From the NCBI GenBank assembly GCA_010093995.1, contig ML992501.1, positions 1,731,583-1,795,582 of the forward strand: 64,000 bases of DNA, read 5' to 3'. Of this stretch, positions 12,840 to 24,675 are shown piece after piece. Source of the DNA: Elsinoe ampelina. Lineage: Eukaryota. Below the pieces are notes generated by a model that searched no databases, was not told where the DNA came from, and saw nothing but the letters and a program-made list of their open reading frames with translations. The position numbers and the translations under genes were made by a program. Every line of letters begins with the position of its first letter. The first letter of the stretch is position 1.

Positions 12840-13559
12840 ATGCCTTCATATCTCATCACAGGCGCAAACCGTGGCCTGGGCCTAGAATTCGTCCGCCAGC
12901 TATCCCAGGATGCTGACAACACGATTCTGGCATGCACGCGATCTTCTTCCGCCGATCTTTCCGACGTCAAAAAGGTAGCTTCCAAATCGACTCATTTCCT
13001 CGTCTGCGACACGGGAGATATCAAATCAATCAAATCCCTCGCGACTTCGGCCCGTGACGCTCTTGCAGGCAGCAAGCTCGATTTCGTCATCAACAACGCC
13101 GGCATCAATGCCAAACCCGAGCAAACCGCATTGTCGATCTCGCCTGAGGATCTCAACGAGCATATCCGGGTGAACGTGGTAGGACCGGCGAAGACGACGG
13201 AATATCTCTTGGAAGCTGGCTTGTTGGCTGAGAATGCTCGAATCGTCAACATGACATCTGGCTTGGGAAGCATGGTTGTGTCTCTGTCGATCACCCCGAG
13301 GAAGTGTGCTACCTACTCAATCTCCAAGGCAGCTCTCAATGCCCTCACGGTGCAGCAGAGTGGCGAGGTCAGGGAGAAGCTGCACGGTGCAGTTGTCATT
13401 TGTATGGATCCAGGTTGGGTGAAGACTCGGATGGGTGGTGATGGAGCGCAGCTCGAGCCAGAGGTCAGCATCGGTGGCATGCTGAAGTGCATACATGGGT
13501 TGAGCGACGGGAGCAATGGCAAGTTCTTCACGTACACGGGTGAAGAGGTACCGTGGTAG
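12840..13559 (+). CDS. Classical short-chain dehydrogenase/reductase (C-factor/sniffer-like), 239 aa, single exon
   Basis: MPSYLITGANRGLG (TGxxxGxG), NNAG, catalytic YSISK, DPGWVKTRMGG, C-terminal GKFFTYTGEEVPW. The ATG at 12840 fits the family better than the ORF-track start at 12669. Confidence 0.93.
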   Translation: MPSYLITGANRGLGLEFVRQLSQDADNTILACTRSSSADLSDVKKVASKSTHFLVCDTGDIKSIKSLATSARDALAGSKLDFVINNAGINAKPEQTALSISPEDLNEHIRVNVVGPAKTTEYLLEAGLLAENARIVNMTSGLGSMVVSLSITPRKCATYSISKAALNALTVQQSGEVREKLHGAVVICMDPGWVKTRMGGDGAQLEPEVSIGGMLKCIHGLSDGSNGKFFTYTGEEVPW

Positions 13560-14474
13560 TACGCTCAGATTTCAATCGACGAAGAGTGGATGGACCCGGT
13601 ACATTCCGCATAAATATCGACCAATGCATGTACTTCTTTCTCAGGCCTCGGCCACAACGCAATGGTGGTCTGGGGTGAATTGCTATTAAAATACAGTTCT
13701 AAACCTCCAAACGCAGCACAGCACTCGAGCCACGATGAAGAGTTTCGAAGCAACGTCGTATGTCGCACCACAGTAAAAGATCAAATGTTCGTGGTTCCGC
13801 GCACCTTTCACTTCGAGCACAAGACCTGAAAAGAAAGGCCAGGAAGCGTCCCGTGGCCTCTCGAGACCCATCCGGCATCCGGTGTGAGCAGAAGCCTAAA
13901 ATCGTGCCACCCGGACAGACTCAAGACCGCCCGTCACTATGCGCCATGACAATACCACGTACCACATAGCTTAGATTTCGGCCAATCCCACCAGTGATCG
14001 ACTTCTTTGCTTCTTTCCAACATCGATTTTACGACCCTTAACCGGTTCGTCGGATCTCTGACTGGCGGATCTGCGGTTGACCGCTCGAGAGCACAGATGT
14101 TACCGTCTCGGCGGGAAGAGATCCAAGTATGACTATACCGATCAAGTCTATGGAGAAGAGCCTCAAATGGCCACAGCTGCCTTGAGCTCAGCTGGGCTCC
14201 AATGATGGCATTTCAATCGACGCCAGAAGAGTGTGATCGTGGCAGTTGCCAAGCGCAGCAGCGTCTTGAGTGGCATGAGGGTAACAGCGATAGTGGTAGC
14301 GAGCACAGCTGAGCGGTGATCATCTTCATCCGGCGGCGTAGTCACAGTCCGAGGTGATGATATGACAAGTCGCGGGATGTAAGCAAGTACCATTGTTCCC
14401 TTCTCCAGTCCGTGTTCTCTCATTCCATCAAACCTTCTTCCGAACAATCGAGTCAAAGCATCACCATCTCGTCC

Positions 14475-15317
14475 ATGATGGTCAGCCTCAAGCACATACT
14501 CGCATCACTCCTCGCGGCAGCACCGCTGGCCCAAGCATGCGATGTATGCAACTCACTAGAGGAGCGTGGCTCTTCGACCGACAAACGGCTCGGCAAGCGC
14601 AATACCAACTTCTCCATCTAAGCCGGAGCTATTTCAGCCATGGGCTTCACCTACGTCGAAGGCCGCGGGCAACTCCTCCGTGCCAGCTATGCATGCCGCG
14701 GCCGTCGCTTCAGTGAAGACCACTACGACAACTCATGCATGTACCAAGTGACGGGCTTCTTACTTGGCGATGCCGTCTTCACCCTGGTTGGCGGCTACAC
14801 ACCGCACACCTTGACCGACGTGGTCAGCCTCCTGCTGCAGCAGAACCGAGGCGAGCAGACAGAACGTCCCGCGAATCGGGACGAGCTGCGCATCCGAGAC
14901 CCTGCCGCCGGGCGCTTCTTCAACCTTACCGCGATAGACGAAGCGAGCGCCACCCCCCTGACTCCTGGACTACAGTACTTATACGACAGCATCAAGTCCG
15001 GCAACGAGTCGTTTTACAACGTCGATCCTGCGATCGGCGACCGCATGGGGTGCCCAATCAGCCGCTACGTCTACAACAGCAACGAGTGGTTCACCTTTGC
15101 CGACCAGTACGGAGTGAAGATGCAGTGCAAGGACGGTTGCGATTTCCGACATCTCGAGTGGCAGGCCATTGAGGTTATAGCGCAGAAGGTCATGGGCCGG
15201 ATACTAACGGCAGGCGATTTGAATGCGGATTTTACTCTGTGCCACACCAATAGCAGACGAGTCGTGATCAGGTGCAAGGTGACGTTGCAGAGTCTACTAG
15301 CGAGCACTTGTGGGTAA
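14475..15317 (+). pseudogene. Secreted Cys-containing effector-like protein with a premature in-frame TAA (14619-14621)
   Basis: Signal-peptide-like MMVSLKHILASLLAAAPLAQA, then KR/LGKR Kex2-like sites, TAA, and the same frame continues through AGAISA into the 225-aa ORF. 10 Cys in total. Confidence 0.75.
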
Positions 15318-15528
15318 CCTATATCCGGGAGAGGGTGCTCGGTGTAGGGCAGAAGTACCCTTCATGAGTCTGCTGCGGTGGAGACACACGGTGTTGCAGG
15401 GAGAATGGGCGAGCGGCCAGGGGAGGCGATGAGAGTCCTGTATGGAGCAGTCCATTAGTCGAATCCAGTCCTTTGTATATGCCTGTCCTTTTGAATTGTC
15501 GGCTCGTGACCCCAGTGCTGTGCCGAGT

Positions 15529-16030
15529 TCAGTGCGTTCGTATTTGGTTCTCCGCGCCTCTCAAGAAACTCATTCCATCTAGCAGGGTCAAGATTGCTCG
15601 GACAAGAGGCGTGGGGCGTTTGGACCTCCGGTGACCATTTGACATTGCAGCGATCAAGCTAATCAGCCACAGCGTACAAGCGGACCAGACTACCCTTTGC
15701 TGCCAGCCAGCATTATATCCTATGGGGAGCTTTTGTGCCGAACCAACAACTACGCCGCCCATGGCGGTCGTGGCTACTGATCCAACCATTGAGGCAACAA
15801 CTGGAGCCCATTTCCGCTTCCTCTCGGGGATATCAGCGTACGCTGAGCCGTCCGGGTATGGGACGAAAAGCTCTCTACGACCGAAGCTGTACATGTACGC
15901 TAGCCATGAGACCAGGGCAGCCTGTAAGCTGAAGCCAAGACTATACATCTCTGCCTAGTCCCTTTGGAAAGCCGTGAGGAAATAAGAGCAGGAATGTATT
16001 ACCGCCGAGTGAAAGAAGGGGTGGCGTAAA
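15529..16030 (-). pseudogene. Degenerate multi-pass membrane protein, possibly DUF1295/steroid-reductase-like
   Basis: 139-aa ORF with ~3 hydrophobic segments. The frame extends upstream past a TAG at 15955-15957 (LRHPFFHSAVIHSCSYFLTAFQRD*AEM). Family resemblance (FGRR; WQQRVVWSACTLW) is weak and from memory. Confidence 0.4.
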
Positions 16031-16476
16031 AGTACAGAGAGAGCTTGAGAATGAAGCAGAGAGGAACGATGCGAGGAAGTCCGAGTTTTTTGAGTCGAGA
16101 TTGGGGTCGCTGCCAACCGCGCCACGCCGTGGCGGGGGCTCGGCGGAATGTTAACCGAGGTATAAGCTAGAGCGCCAAGAAGGACCCTGATTCAGTTTAT
16201 CCCCTAGTAGAACTAAATACTTATCTACTACTCTACTAATTTATAATTAAATTAGATAGTTATTGTCTTAATCTATTATTATTTAGAAGTTCTATTAATT
16301 TAGTTATCTCTTAGTTTATTAAGTTAAGTATTTATATAGTTATAATCTACTTTAGTTTAGTAGATTAAGTAGTAATAAATCTTATTCTTCCTATATATAA
16401 GCTAATAGTTATAAGCCTAGTATAACTACCCCTATATAAGTATATTACTTAGTTACTTTCCTACTTAATCTATTAG

Positions 16477-19400
16477 TGTAATAAAGGTAGAATATTAGAG
16501 CTAGGAAGACAAGTGTATAGGAGTAGAACAGGTATTATACTAGTATACCCTTAATTGTCGTAAGACTAATCTCTACTCTATCTATTCTATAGGCGAGAAG
16601 TGTTTTATTCTCCTACGGAGAATAGTATCTCTAGAGTAAGCTAGCGTAGCGTACTTACTACGTTAGTTCTTATAATTATTTCTCCCCTTTAAGAGGCACG
16701 CTCTTACGCTTATAAGCCTCGATAAAACCTAGAAAACCTAGTATAGAAGAAAACTAAGAAAGAGCGTCTCGCTAGTACCTCTTAGGCGTAGTATACTCTT
16801 TACATATATAGCACGCCTATAGTAGCCTATACTATTCTTCGTATGCTAGATATAGTAATAATAGTATAATTCTTTATATATAGAATATAGCGCTTCTACG
16901 TTATTATCTTTATATATAAGGATCTACTTATTATTATATACTACTACCTATTATTCTCTAGATTAGGCTTAGCTTAGAGCTAGATATATACCTTTCTCTT
17001 CTCCTTCTCTTCTTCTTTTCTCCTTTATAATACTTCCTTCGCGTAAGTATTCTACTTAATACTAGCTCTATACTTATATAGGTCTAATACTATACTAGTA
17101 ACCTATTTTAGGTACTATATAGTATAGACTAGGCCTTACTAGCCTAAGGGCTAGTAGAGGAGGCTTAGTATATATGCTAAGCCTACGCTACTATAGATCT
17201 AGCTATTAGGCTTATCTATTTAGTTGTTTATTTACTAACCTAGTATAGCACCTACGTAGTAATTTTTTTTTTTCCTTTATTATTCCGGCCCTACGCTAGC
17301 TTACTTTCTATACACTTACGTACTTTAATAACTATAGCTCCTAAAGTTCCTAAGGAGTAAGTATTATATATAGTACTTACGCTACGCTAGCGCTAACCTT
17401 TTATAGACCTTATAAGAGCAATTTTACTAACTAGAACTAGTACTCTATACTATACTTATGCTATGCTATTGCTATTAATAAGTACCTCTAGCTCGAAGAC
17501 GGTATACTTCCTATTAAGAATCTCCTCTACTAGATTACTAAGGCTAAGGCTACCTACTATAATTGTTATAGTTATAGTAATAAACACTACTACTAGGTAT
17601 ACTTTACGCCTACGCCGTATCTACTTTATACTAACCTTAGTAGCCTACTAAGCTCGACTCTAAGGATTAAGTTACTACTAAGAAGCTCTAGGATAAATAC
17701 TTCGCTATACATACGCTAACCCGTAATAACGCTACTACTCCTAAGAAGAACATTATTCTTCTAAAGCGCCGGATTACTACCTATACTAACTATATATACG
17801 AGAAGGCTAGCGCTAAGCGTACATAGAGTAAGTCTAACACTAAAGATAAGAGTAAGGTAGTTAATAAGAGTAATAGTAATAGTATAACTTCTTTATGCTA
17901 TAATAGCGCTATTGCTACGCTCTCTGCTTCTAAGGTCGATACTAAGTAGCTAGCAAAAGTGCTACGCCTAGGTATAATTAGTAACACTAGCTTTATACTT
18001 AAGGCTTTAGCTAATTATATAAGTCTAGAAGTGTGCCCCTATAATACCTAAGCTACGCTAACTTCCTCGTAGGTAGTTACTAAGAATAAGTAAGCTACTA
18101 CTACGTAGATAATCGATAATACTATAAGGGTGCTAACTAGACGTATTAATAGTATTAAGGAGAATAATAAGGATAAGAGTAAGGTAGATAATGTAGATAG
18201 TTAAGGTAGGGGAGGCTAGAGCGCTATACCTACGCTATACCCTCTTTACTTTAGTATAATTCTATAGTTTTCGCTACGCTAGTGTTCTCCCTACGTAAGC
18301 TAATAATACTCTAAGCTAACCTAGCGCTATACCTAGGTACTCTTTACTTCGAAATTTATGCCTTTAACTTATTAATCCTAAGTGTATCTAGAGTATTTAG
18401 CTAGTGCTATACTTACGCTAAGCTACCTCGTATTTATATAGTAATTCCTTAGCATTTATAAGGTTTTTTGCTAGCTTCTATATACTTTCTTCTATAGGGT
18501 AACTCTACTACTTTACTAGGTAGTATAGCGCCTTTAGAGTACTAGTATAGCTCTTGTTAAGGATACGTTTAATAATGTATTCTTCTTACCCTTCTACCTT
18601 TAGAGGCAGTAGGCGTATACCCTTACTACGCCTATATAGCTCTAGTAATACAATATTAAAGACGTTATAGATTAGCTTTATTTTATCTAGTAAGTATAGC
18701 TTATACACCTACGTACTAATTTGTTATACAATTATAAATAAGCTAATATACTTAGCTAATAGCTTATAGCTAGGTCTAGCGCTATAAAGGTTCTTAGTAC
18801 TAAGTATAACCTCGTCGCTATCGTAGAAGACTTTTACTTATTAATCTTTATTATAGGCTAGCGCTTAGTCTTTCTATACTTTACGTAAGTGTCGAGCGAG
18901 CTCCGTACGCGTTTTAGTAATAGATTATACTTAGTTGTTAACTAACAAGTTATACGCTAGCGCGTAGCTAGGTAGCGCTAGCGCCTTAATGTTATTAGGT
19001 AGGTACATCTCTTACGTAAATAAGAACTACACTAGCGTAGCGTATAGTAATACTTAATACGTATTATTATACACGAATTGCGCCTACTTAACCTAGTATA
19101 GCTAGTCCGTCTAGTAATAGTCGACAAAGTAGCGTAGGTACTACTCTAGCGTCTAGTTTTGTCTTTTAGTTTAGCTATCTATCTACAGATAGAAACTAGT
19201 ACTAAGCTTACGTTACGCCTTCTAGCGCTAGTATAGCGCACTCTAGAATTTGCTTATAAAGATAGACTCTCTATCTAAAACTAGTATCTTTAGCGTTCCG
19301 AACAACGTTATAATATCTGTCTTAAATAGATTAGTAAAGTCCCTAGTGTTAAGCTTAGTTAACGTCGGCGTATAGATACTAAACTTAGACAAGTAATAGA

Positions 19401-22400
19401 TATACACGATAATTGCGTCTATAACGACACTAGGCCGGAGCTCTACTAGGGGTAAGCTAGTAATAAAATTAAGCGACTAGTGTTATAAGGCCTCGAGTAT
19501 AGGTAGAATTAGTAAGAGTTATAGGAGGCTATAAGGCTTATACTACGTTACCTTATACCTTTAGCAGCTGTTATAGCGCTCGATATACGCTTTTATAGCG
19601 ACGGACATACCTAGCTACTAGTACTTCCTCCTTATATTAAGGTAAGTCTTTATATAACTAAAGTAATTCCCTAAGAGGTTATTATAATTACGCTATATAA
19701 GCTCTACTCTTAAGGTAGTTTCTTCTAGGATATATACTCTATCTCTATTCCGGAGTAAGCTATTACTAGATAGGCTCTACTTAGGGGTAGTACTATTACT
19801 AGTTAAAGTTATCTCTTTTAGAAGTTTCTATTTCTTACTATAAGTAAAGGCGTCTCTTTACTATACTACGTAGATAAGGTCCTAGAGTAATATAGAAGTA
19901 GAAGAGATATACGTAGTCTTATCTACTAGTACTTATATAGCGTAGAGGCGCGTAATCTGCCGACTCTAGTCTAAAATTATAGTAAGCTTTCTACTAGAGG
20001 TGTCCCGGGGTTACGTAGGTATTATACCATCTTTATGCCCTTAGCTCTCTATTATTTCCTAGGCGAGTAGCGGTACGTCCTAGGATACTAGAGTAGGCGT
20101 ATATCGTTCTAATTCGACATTACTAGTTAGGCTTAGAGGAAGGTTTATATAAGTGCTCTCTAGGTACTACTCTTCTTACTCTAGAGGCTCTAACTCTTCT
20201 TAGTATAGCTATAGCGCTCCTAAGGTAATAGGTAGACTTATAGGCGCTATTCTAGAGGTATACTAGAATTATATAAGCGTATTATGTTAGGGAGCAGTTT
20301 AAGGCATATAAGCTATACTAGCTTTATTACTATCTTCCTAGGCCCTACTAGCCTTAGGTTTCTTATTTATAATAGATATAGGTATAACTCCTTCGCTTTG
20401 TATTTATAATACTTACTCTAAGAGAGAGACTAATATATAGTACTCTTCCTATATATCTTCTTTATACTTATAGTAGTTAGGCCTATATAATAGGCTATTA
20501 GCTAGATTAGTCTTCCTACTATAGTACTAAATAACAATATCAAACTACGCTAGTACCTCAGTATAGTAGGCCTAGCGCTATAAAAGCTTCTTAGTAGTTA
20601 GGAAATACCTAAGGTTATTATAGTTAGAGAGAACTTCGATCGGGGTAGTAGCGCTAAGTAGGTACTAGCGCTAGTACTACGCCGCTTCTATAATAGTAAG
20701 AAGCTCTTTGTCGTAGGTAGTGTAGTTTAGTTCTATACCTTATAGCTTCTAGGACTAGAACGCTATAAAGTACTAGTGTTACGTAGAGGTGTTATCTTTG
20801 TTTTACTAGAAGATTACTCCGGAGAGTATAAAATCTAAAGTGTTAGTCTTAAGCTAGAGAGGCTTACCTAATAAAAAGTAGCGTAGTATAGGCACTTACG
20901 TAAAGGTAGCTTTAAGCCTGTTAAAGGCCTACGCTATGTTATTGCTCTATAGAAATAGGCCTACTTACTTTCCTTAGACTAACTCTTACGTAAGTGTAGT
21001 TAGTAGTAGCGCTACGTAGAAGAAGCTCTTAATAAATTAATAGTAGAAATTAGTAAATTCGAGAAAGGTTTATAACTCCTTAAGGCTAGTAGAGGTAGGC
21101 TAGTTAGTAACGGCTTATACCTAGGGCTACTCTATCGTAACGCTATTACTACTAATAACGTAGCTTAGGAATACTACCTATATTACCTCGAAGATATACT
21201 TCTTTAGTTTTATATAGAGGCTATTCTTACGTAGGTAGTCTAGTATGCTCCTAATAGCCTAGTAATGCTCTTACTTATCGCTAGTATAGATTAGAATATT
21301 ATCTAGGTATATAATATAGTAGTAGTCTACTAAGCTACTTAAGCACTAATATATATAAGCCTAGAACGTAGCTAGAGCATTAGTAAGGCTAAAAGGTATA
21401 ATAGTATATTCGAAGTAGCTATAGTAATAGCGGAACGCTATCTTCTATTTATTGCTACGCTAGATATATACTCTATAGTAGGCATCTATAAGGTCTAGCT
21501 TACTAAATAAGTATATGCCCTCGATGTAATTAAGCATCTCGGCAATTAAAGGTAAGAGGTAATAGTTCTTAATAGTAATATTATTTAGCCTACAATAGTT
21601 AATATATAGGCGTAGTAAACTATTCTTCTTAGGAACGAATAGAATAGGAGACTCTATAGAGCTAGTGCTATACTAGAGTTAACCTATTACTAAGCTATTG
21701 TCTATATACTCTTAAAGTACCTAAAGCTCCTTCTTACCGAGGGGGTAGATAGGTCCCTAGAGTAGCTATTCTCTCTCTTTAATATCGATAGAGTAAGTAA
21801 AATCGTTACCTAGTAGCGCTATTACTATACTCTTATTAAAAACGTCTACGTAGTTATTAAGCTAGTATAGTAGGGTCGGGGCGCTAGGTTCGTCCTAGCA
21901 TATATATACTAGGTAGAGCTAGGCGTTAGACTAATTTAGCTCCTAGGAGAAGGAGAGTATATCTAGGATCGACACCTATATAGCGCTAGTACGATGCCTC
22001 TACGCACTAGTACTCTACTAAATCTTAGAGTCGTAGAACAATAGCTATAGTAGGCCTAATATAAGATTATAACTAGTTACATTAACGCTTTTAAACTGCT
22101 AGTGCGACGCCTACGTTGTTTCTTTACTATCCTTAATAGCAAAGGCTAACTTAGTATATCTATAGGTAGTTAATTCGTGTTTATCTAAGCCGCGTACTTA
22201 GTATACTACTAGGGGGTTAACGGCGATATAATAGCGTATAGTAAAATACTAGCTAATAAAGTTACTATTAGCGCTACTATCTATTAGAGCTACCCCTTTA
22301 ATAGGGCCTTTAGGTAGGTTAACTATAACGTCGGTACAAATTTAGCACATATTCTACGTTATACTAGAGCTACTTAGAATTAGTAAACGTAAGGACACTA

Positions 22401-23770
22401 TCCGTTTTAAAGAGTCCTTCTAGAGACAGTTCGGCGCCTAATAGTCTAGGCTCTTATAGATGTTATAAGAGTAAGTAGCGCTAGGTTAGAGAACTATAGG
22501 GGTAGCGTTAGCGCTACTCTACTAGTCCTTTTAGCTCTTATAGTCTTCGTTATAGTAAGGCCTTTTAGTAAAAGTATTAGTCTTCTCTCTAGTGTTACGC
22601 TTATACTACCTCTATATAGAGTTAAAGTAGCCTAGTAGGTTCTACTCTAAACGGGATAGATATACTAGAAGTTCTACCTTAATTAGGGGTAAGTTCCCCT
22701 AACGGAGTACTTCTAAGCGTAGCTCTAGCGTAGTATAGGCAATAAGCTATATATAGCAGGCGTCGTCCGGGAGCGGCGCTATCTTAATATAGGACTTATA
22801 ACTATCGAGGAACATATAGAAATTAGTAATTAACTATTCTCTACGCTAGTATAACGTAAAGAACTTTACTACGTAGCTATTACTATAGTTTTTAGAACTC
22901 TAGGCTTAGTCCTAAAGCTAGAACTATATTAGGCTCTACGAGAGTATAACGCTAGCGCTCTTAGTATATAAGTCCTAATTGTAGCTAAGCTAACCTTTTA
23001 AGTAGCTAGTAGCTATATAGCACTAAGTAACTTCTTTAAAGTAGATATTTAGTACTATCTTAAAGACGTTATTATACATATATATAAATTCCTTAACTCT
23101 TACTATAATAGTAAACTCTAAGGCCTCGGGGTAGCATAAGTTTAGCGTACGCTCTCTTACGATTTGTAGGTTTATTAGGCAAATATCGTCGGGTTGTACG
23201 TTGTTAAAACAAATACGTAGTACTAGCGCTACGACTAGAAAGTAACTACTAAGTATATTCTTAAGCTAAGTAATATAAGCAAGAAGCGCTTCGTATATAG
23301 TATTATTTCCTATGTCGGCTATGCTTCCTATAGGAGCTATATTAGCGCGGTATAGTCTTAGCGCTAGGCCTTCCCTAGCCTAGTAATCTTTAATAGGAGT
23401 TGTCTCTAGAGTTGTAGCTAATTTAGTAAATGTCTCGCTAATAGCTAAGCTATTAGAGAGTTATCTATGCTAGTACTACTCTAGCGGTAGTTAGTCGTTT
23501 CGCTAGCGCTAAGCACGGGGTGCTATCTTGTCTATATAGCTCTATCCGATAGAATATAAGAGAGATTAGAATTATAACGAAGGTAGGATATTAGAGCTAG
23601 AAAGACAAGTACATAGGAGTAGAATAGGTGTTATACTAGTATACTCTCGATTATTGTAAGACTAATCTCTACTCTATCTATTCTATAGGTAAGAAGTGTT
23701 TTATTCTCCTACGGAGAATAGTATCTCCGGGGTAAGCTAGCGTAGTATACTCGCTACGTTAGTCCTTACA
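16477..23770 (-). mobile_element. Full-length Ty3/Gypsy (family B), RIP-inactivated
   Basis: 198-bp LTRs at 16477-16674 and 23573-23770. TSD ATTAG. Minus-strand PPT at 16675-16690. RT IVYLDDILIY relic at ~21285-21320. Order gag-PR-RT-RH-IN. Confidence 0.95.
17334..18204 (+). pseudogene. Antisense, intron-containing accessory gene of Gypsy B (six-Cys finger, acidic tail)
   Basis: Introns 17357-17406 (GTAAGT..GCTAAC..TAG), 17597-17643 (GTATAC..ACTAAC..TAG) and 18019-18072 (ATAAGT..GCTAAC..TAG) join into one frame with only TAA/TAG stops. Inferred C-x2-C-x21-C-x9-C-x2-C-x6-C. Confidence 0.7.
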
Positions 23771-24675
23771 ATTAGTTAATTCTTTATTATTTTACTTTTT
23801 AAGTATTAGAATTTATTAAGAACTATCTTAATTATAACTATAAGATTTAAGTATTAATAAAGAAATAAATAACTATAGATACTAATACCTTAATAGCTAG
23901 AATACTTATTATTCTTACTATATTAGCTAAATAGGCTAGCTAGCTATATATTATTAAGATAAGAGCTTTAAATACTAAGATATAGAACCTTATTAATCCT
24001 TAGAAGACTATTAAGCTAAAGGAGCTTCCTAAGCCTTAGAAGCTAGAAATAGTAAATATTAACTTCTTAATACTCTTCTAGATATATAAGGAGGAATAAG
24101 TATAGTATAATAAATAATATAAAGCCTTAGCTAATTTAGCTAGCCTTATTTAGTTGTTAATTATACTATAAGTTCTTACTATTATTTAGCTAGAAGAAGA
24201 TTCTTATCTATAGGCTATTCTTTAAGCTTTAAAGAATAGATTTACTCTATCTAATATAGCTATTTAGCTTAAGGTTAAAGTACTTTAAAGAAAGTAGCTA
24301 TCTAGTTCTTCCTTATAGAATATAGACTATTAGCTTTAGTAATAGAAAGAGGTTATAGATAAGGCTAGGAATTATAATCTACTAGAAGCTTAAGGCTTAA
24401 AGCTATAAAGAGACTTCTTACTTTCTATCTCTAAAACTAAACTAGTATTTACTAATAAGTACCTTATTAATCTAGATTTACTAACTCTACTAACTATACT
24501 TAAACTAATTACTAAATTTAGATAGTTCTATAAGCTTTATAAGCTATATAATACTATAAAGACTAGTAAGGGAGCTATAGCCTTCTCTATAGCTACTAAA
24601 GATATTCTTTATAAGAAACCTAGTTCTATTAAAGAGCTTAAGTATATATATTAAAGCTAGTATAAATAAGGTAAG

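Noticed and set aside
12267..14495. Small ORFs at 12267-12647, 13565-13969 and 14163-14495
   Set aside because: No domains or supporting gene structure; probably intergenic.
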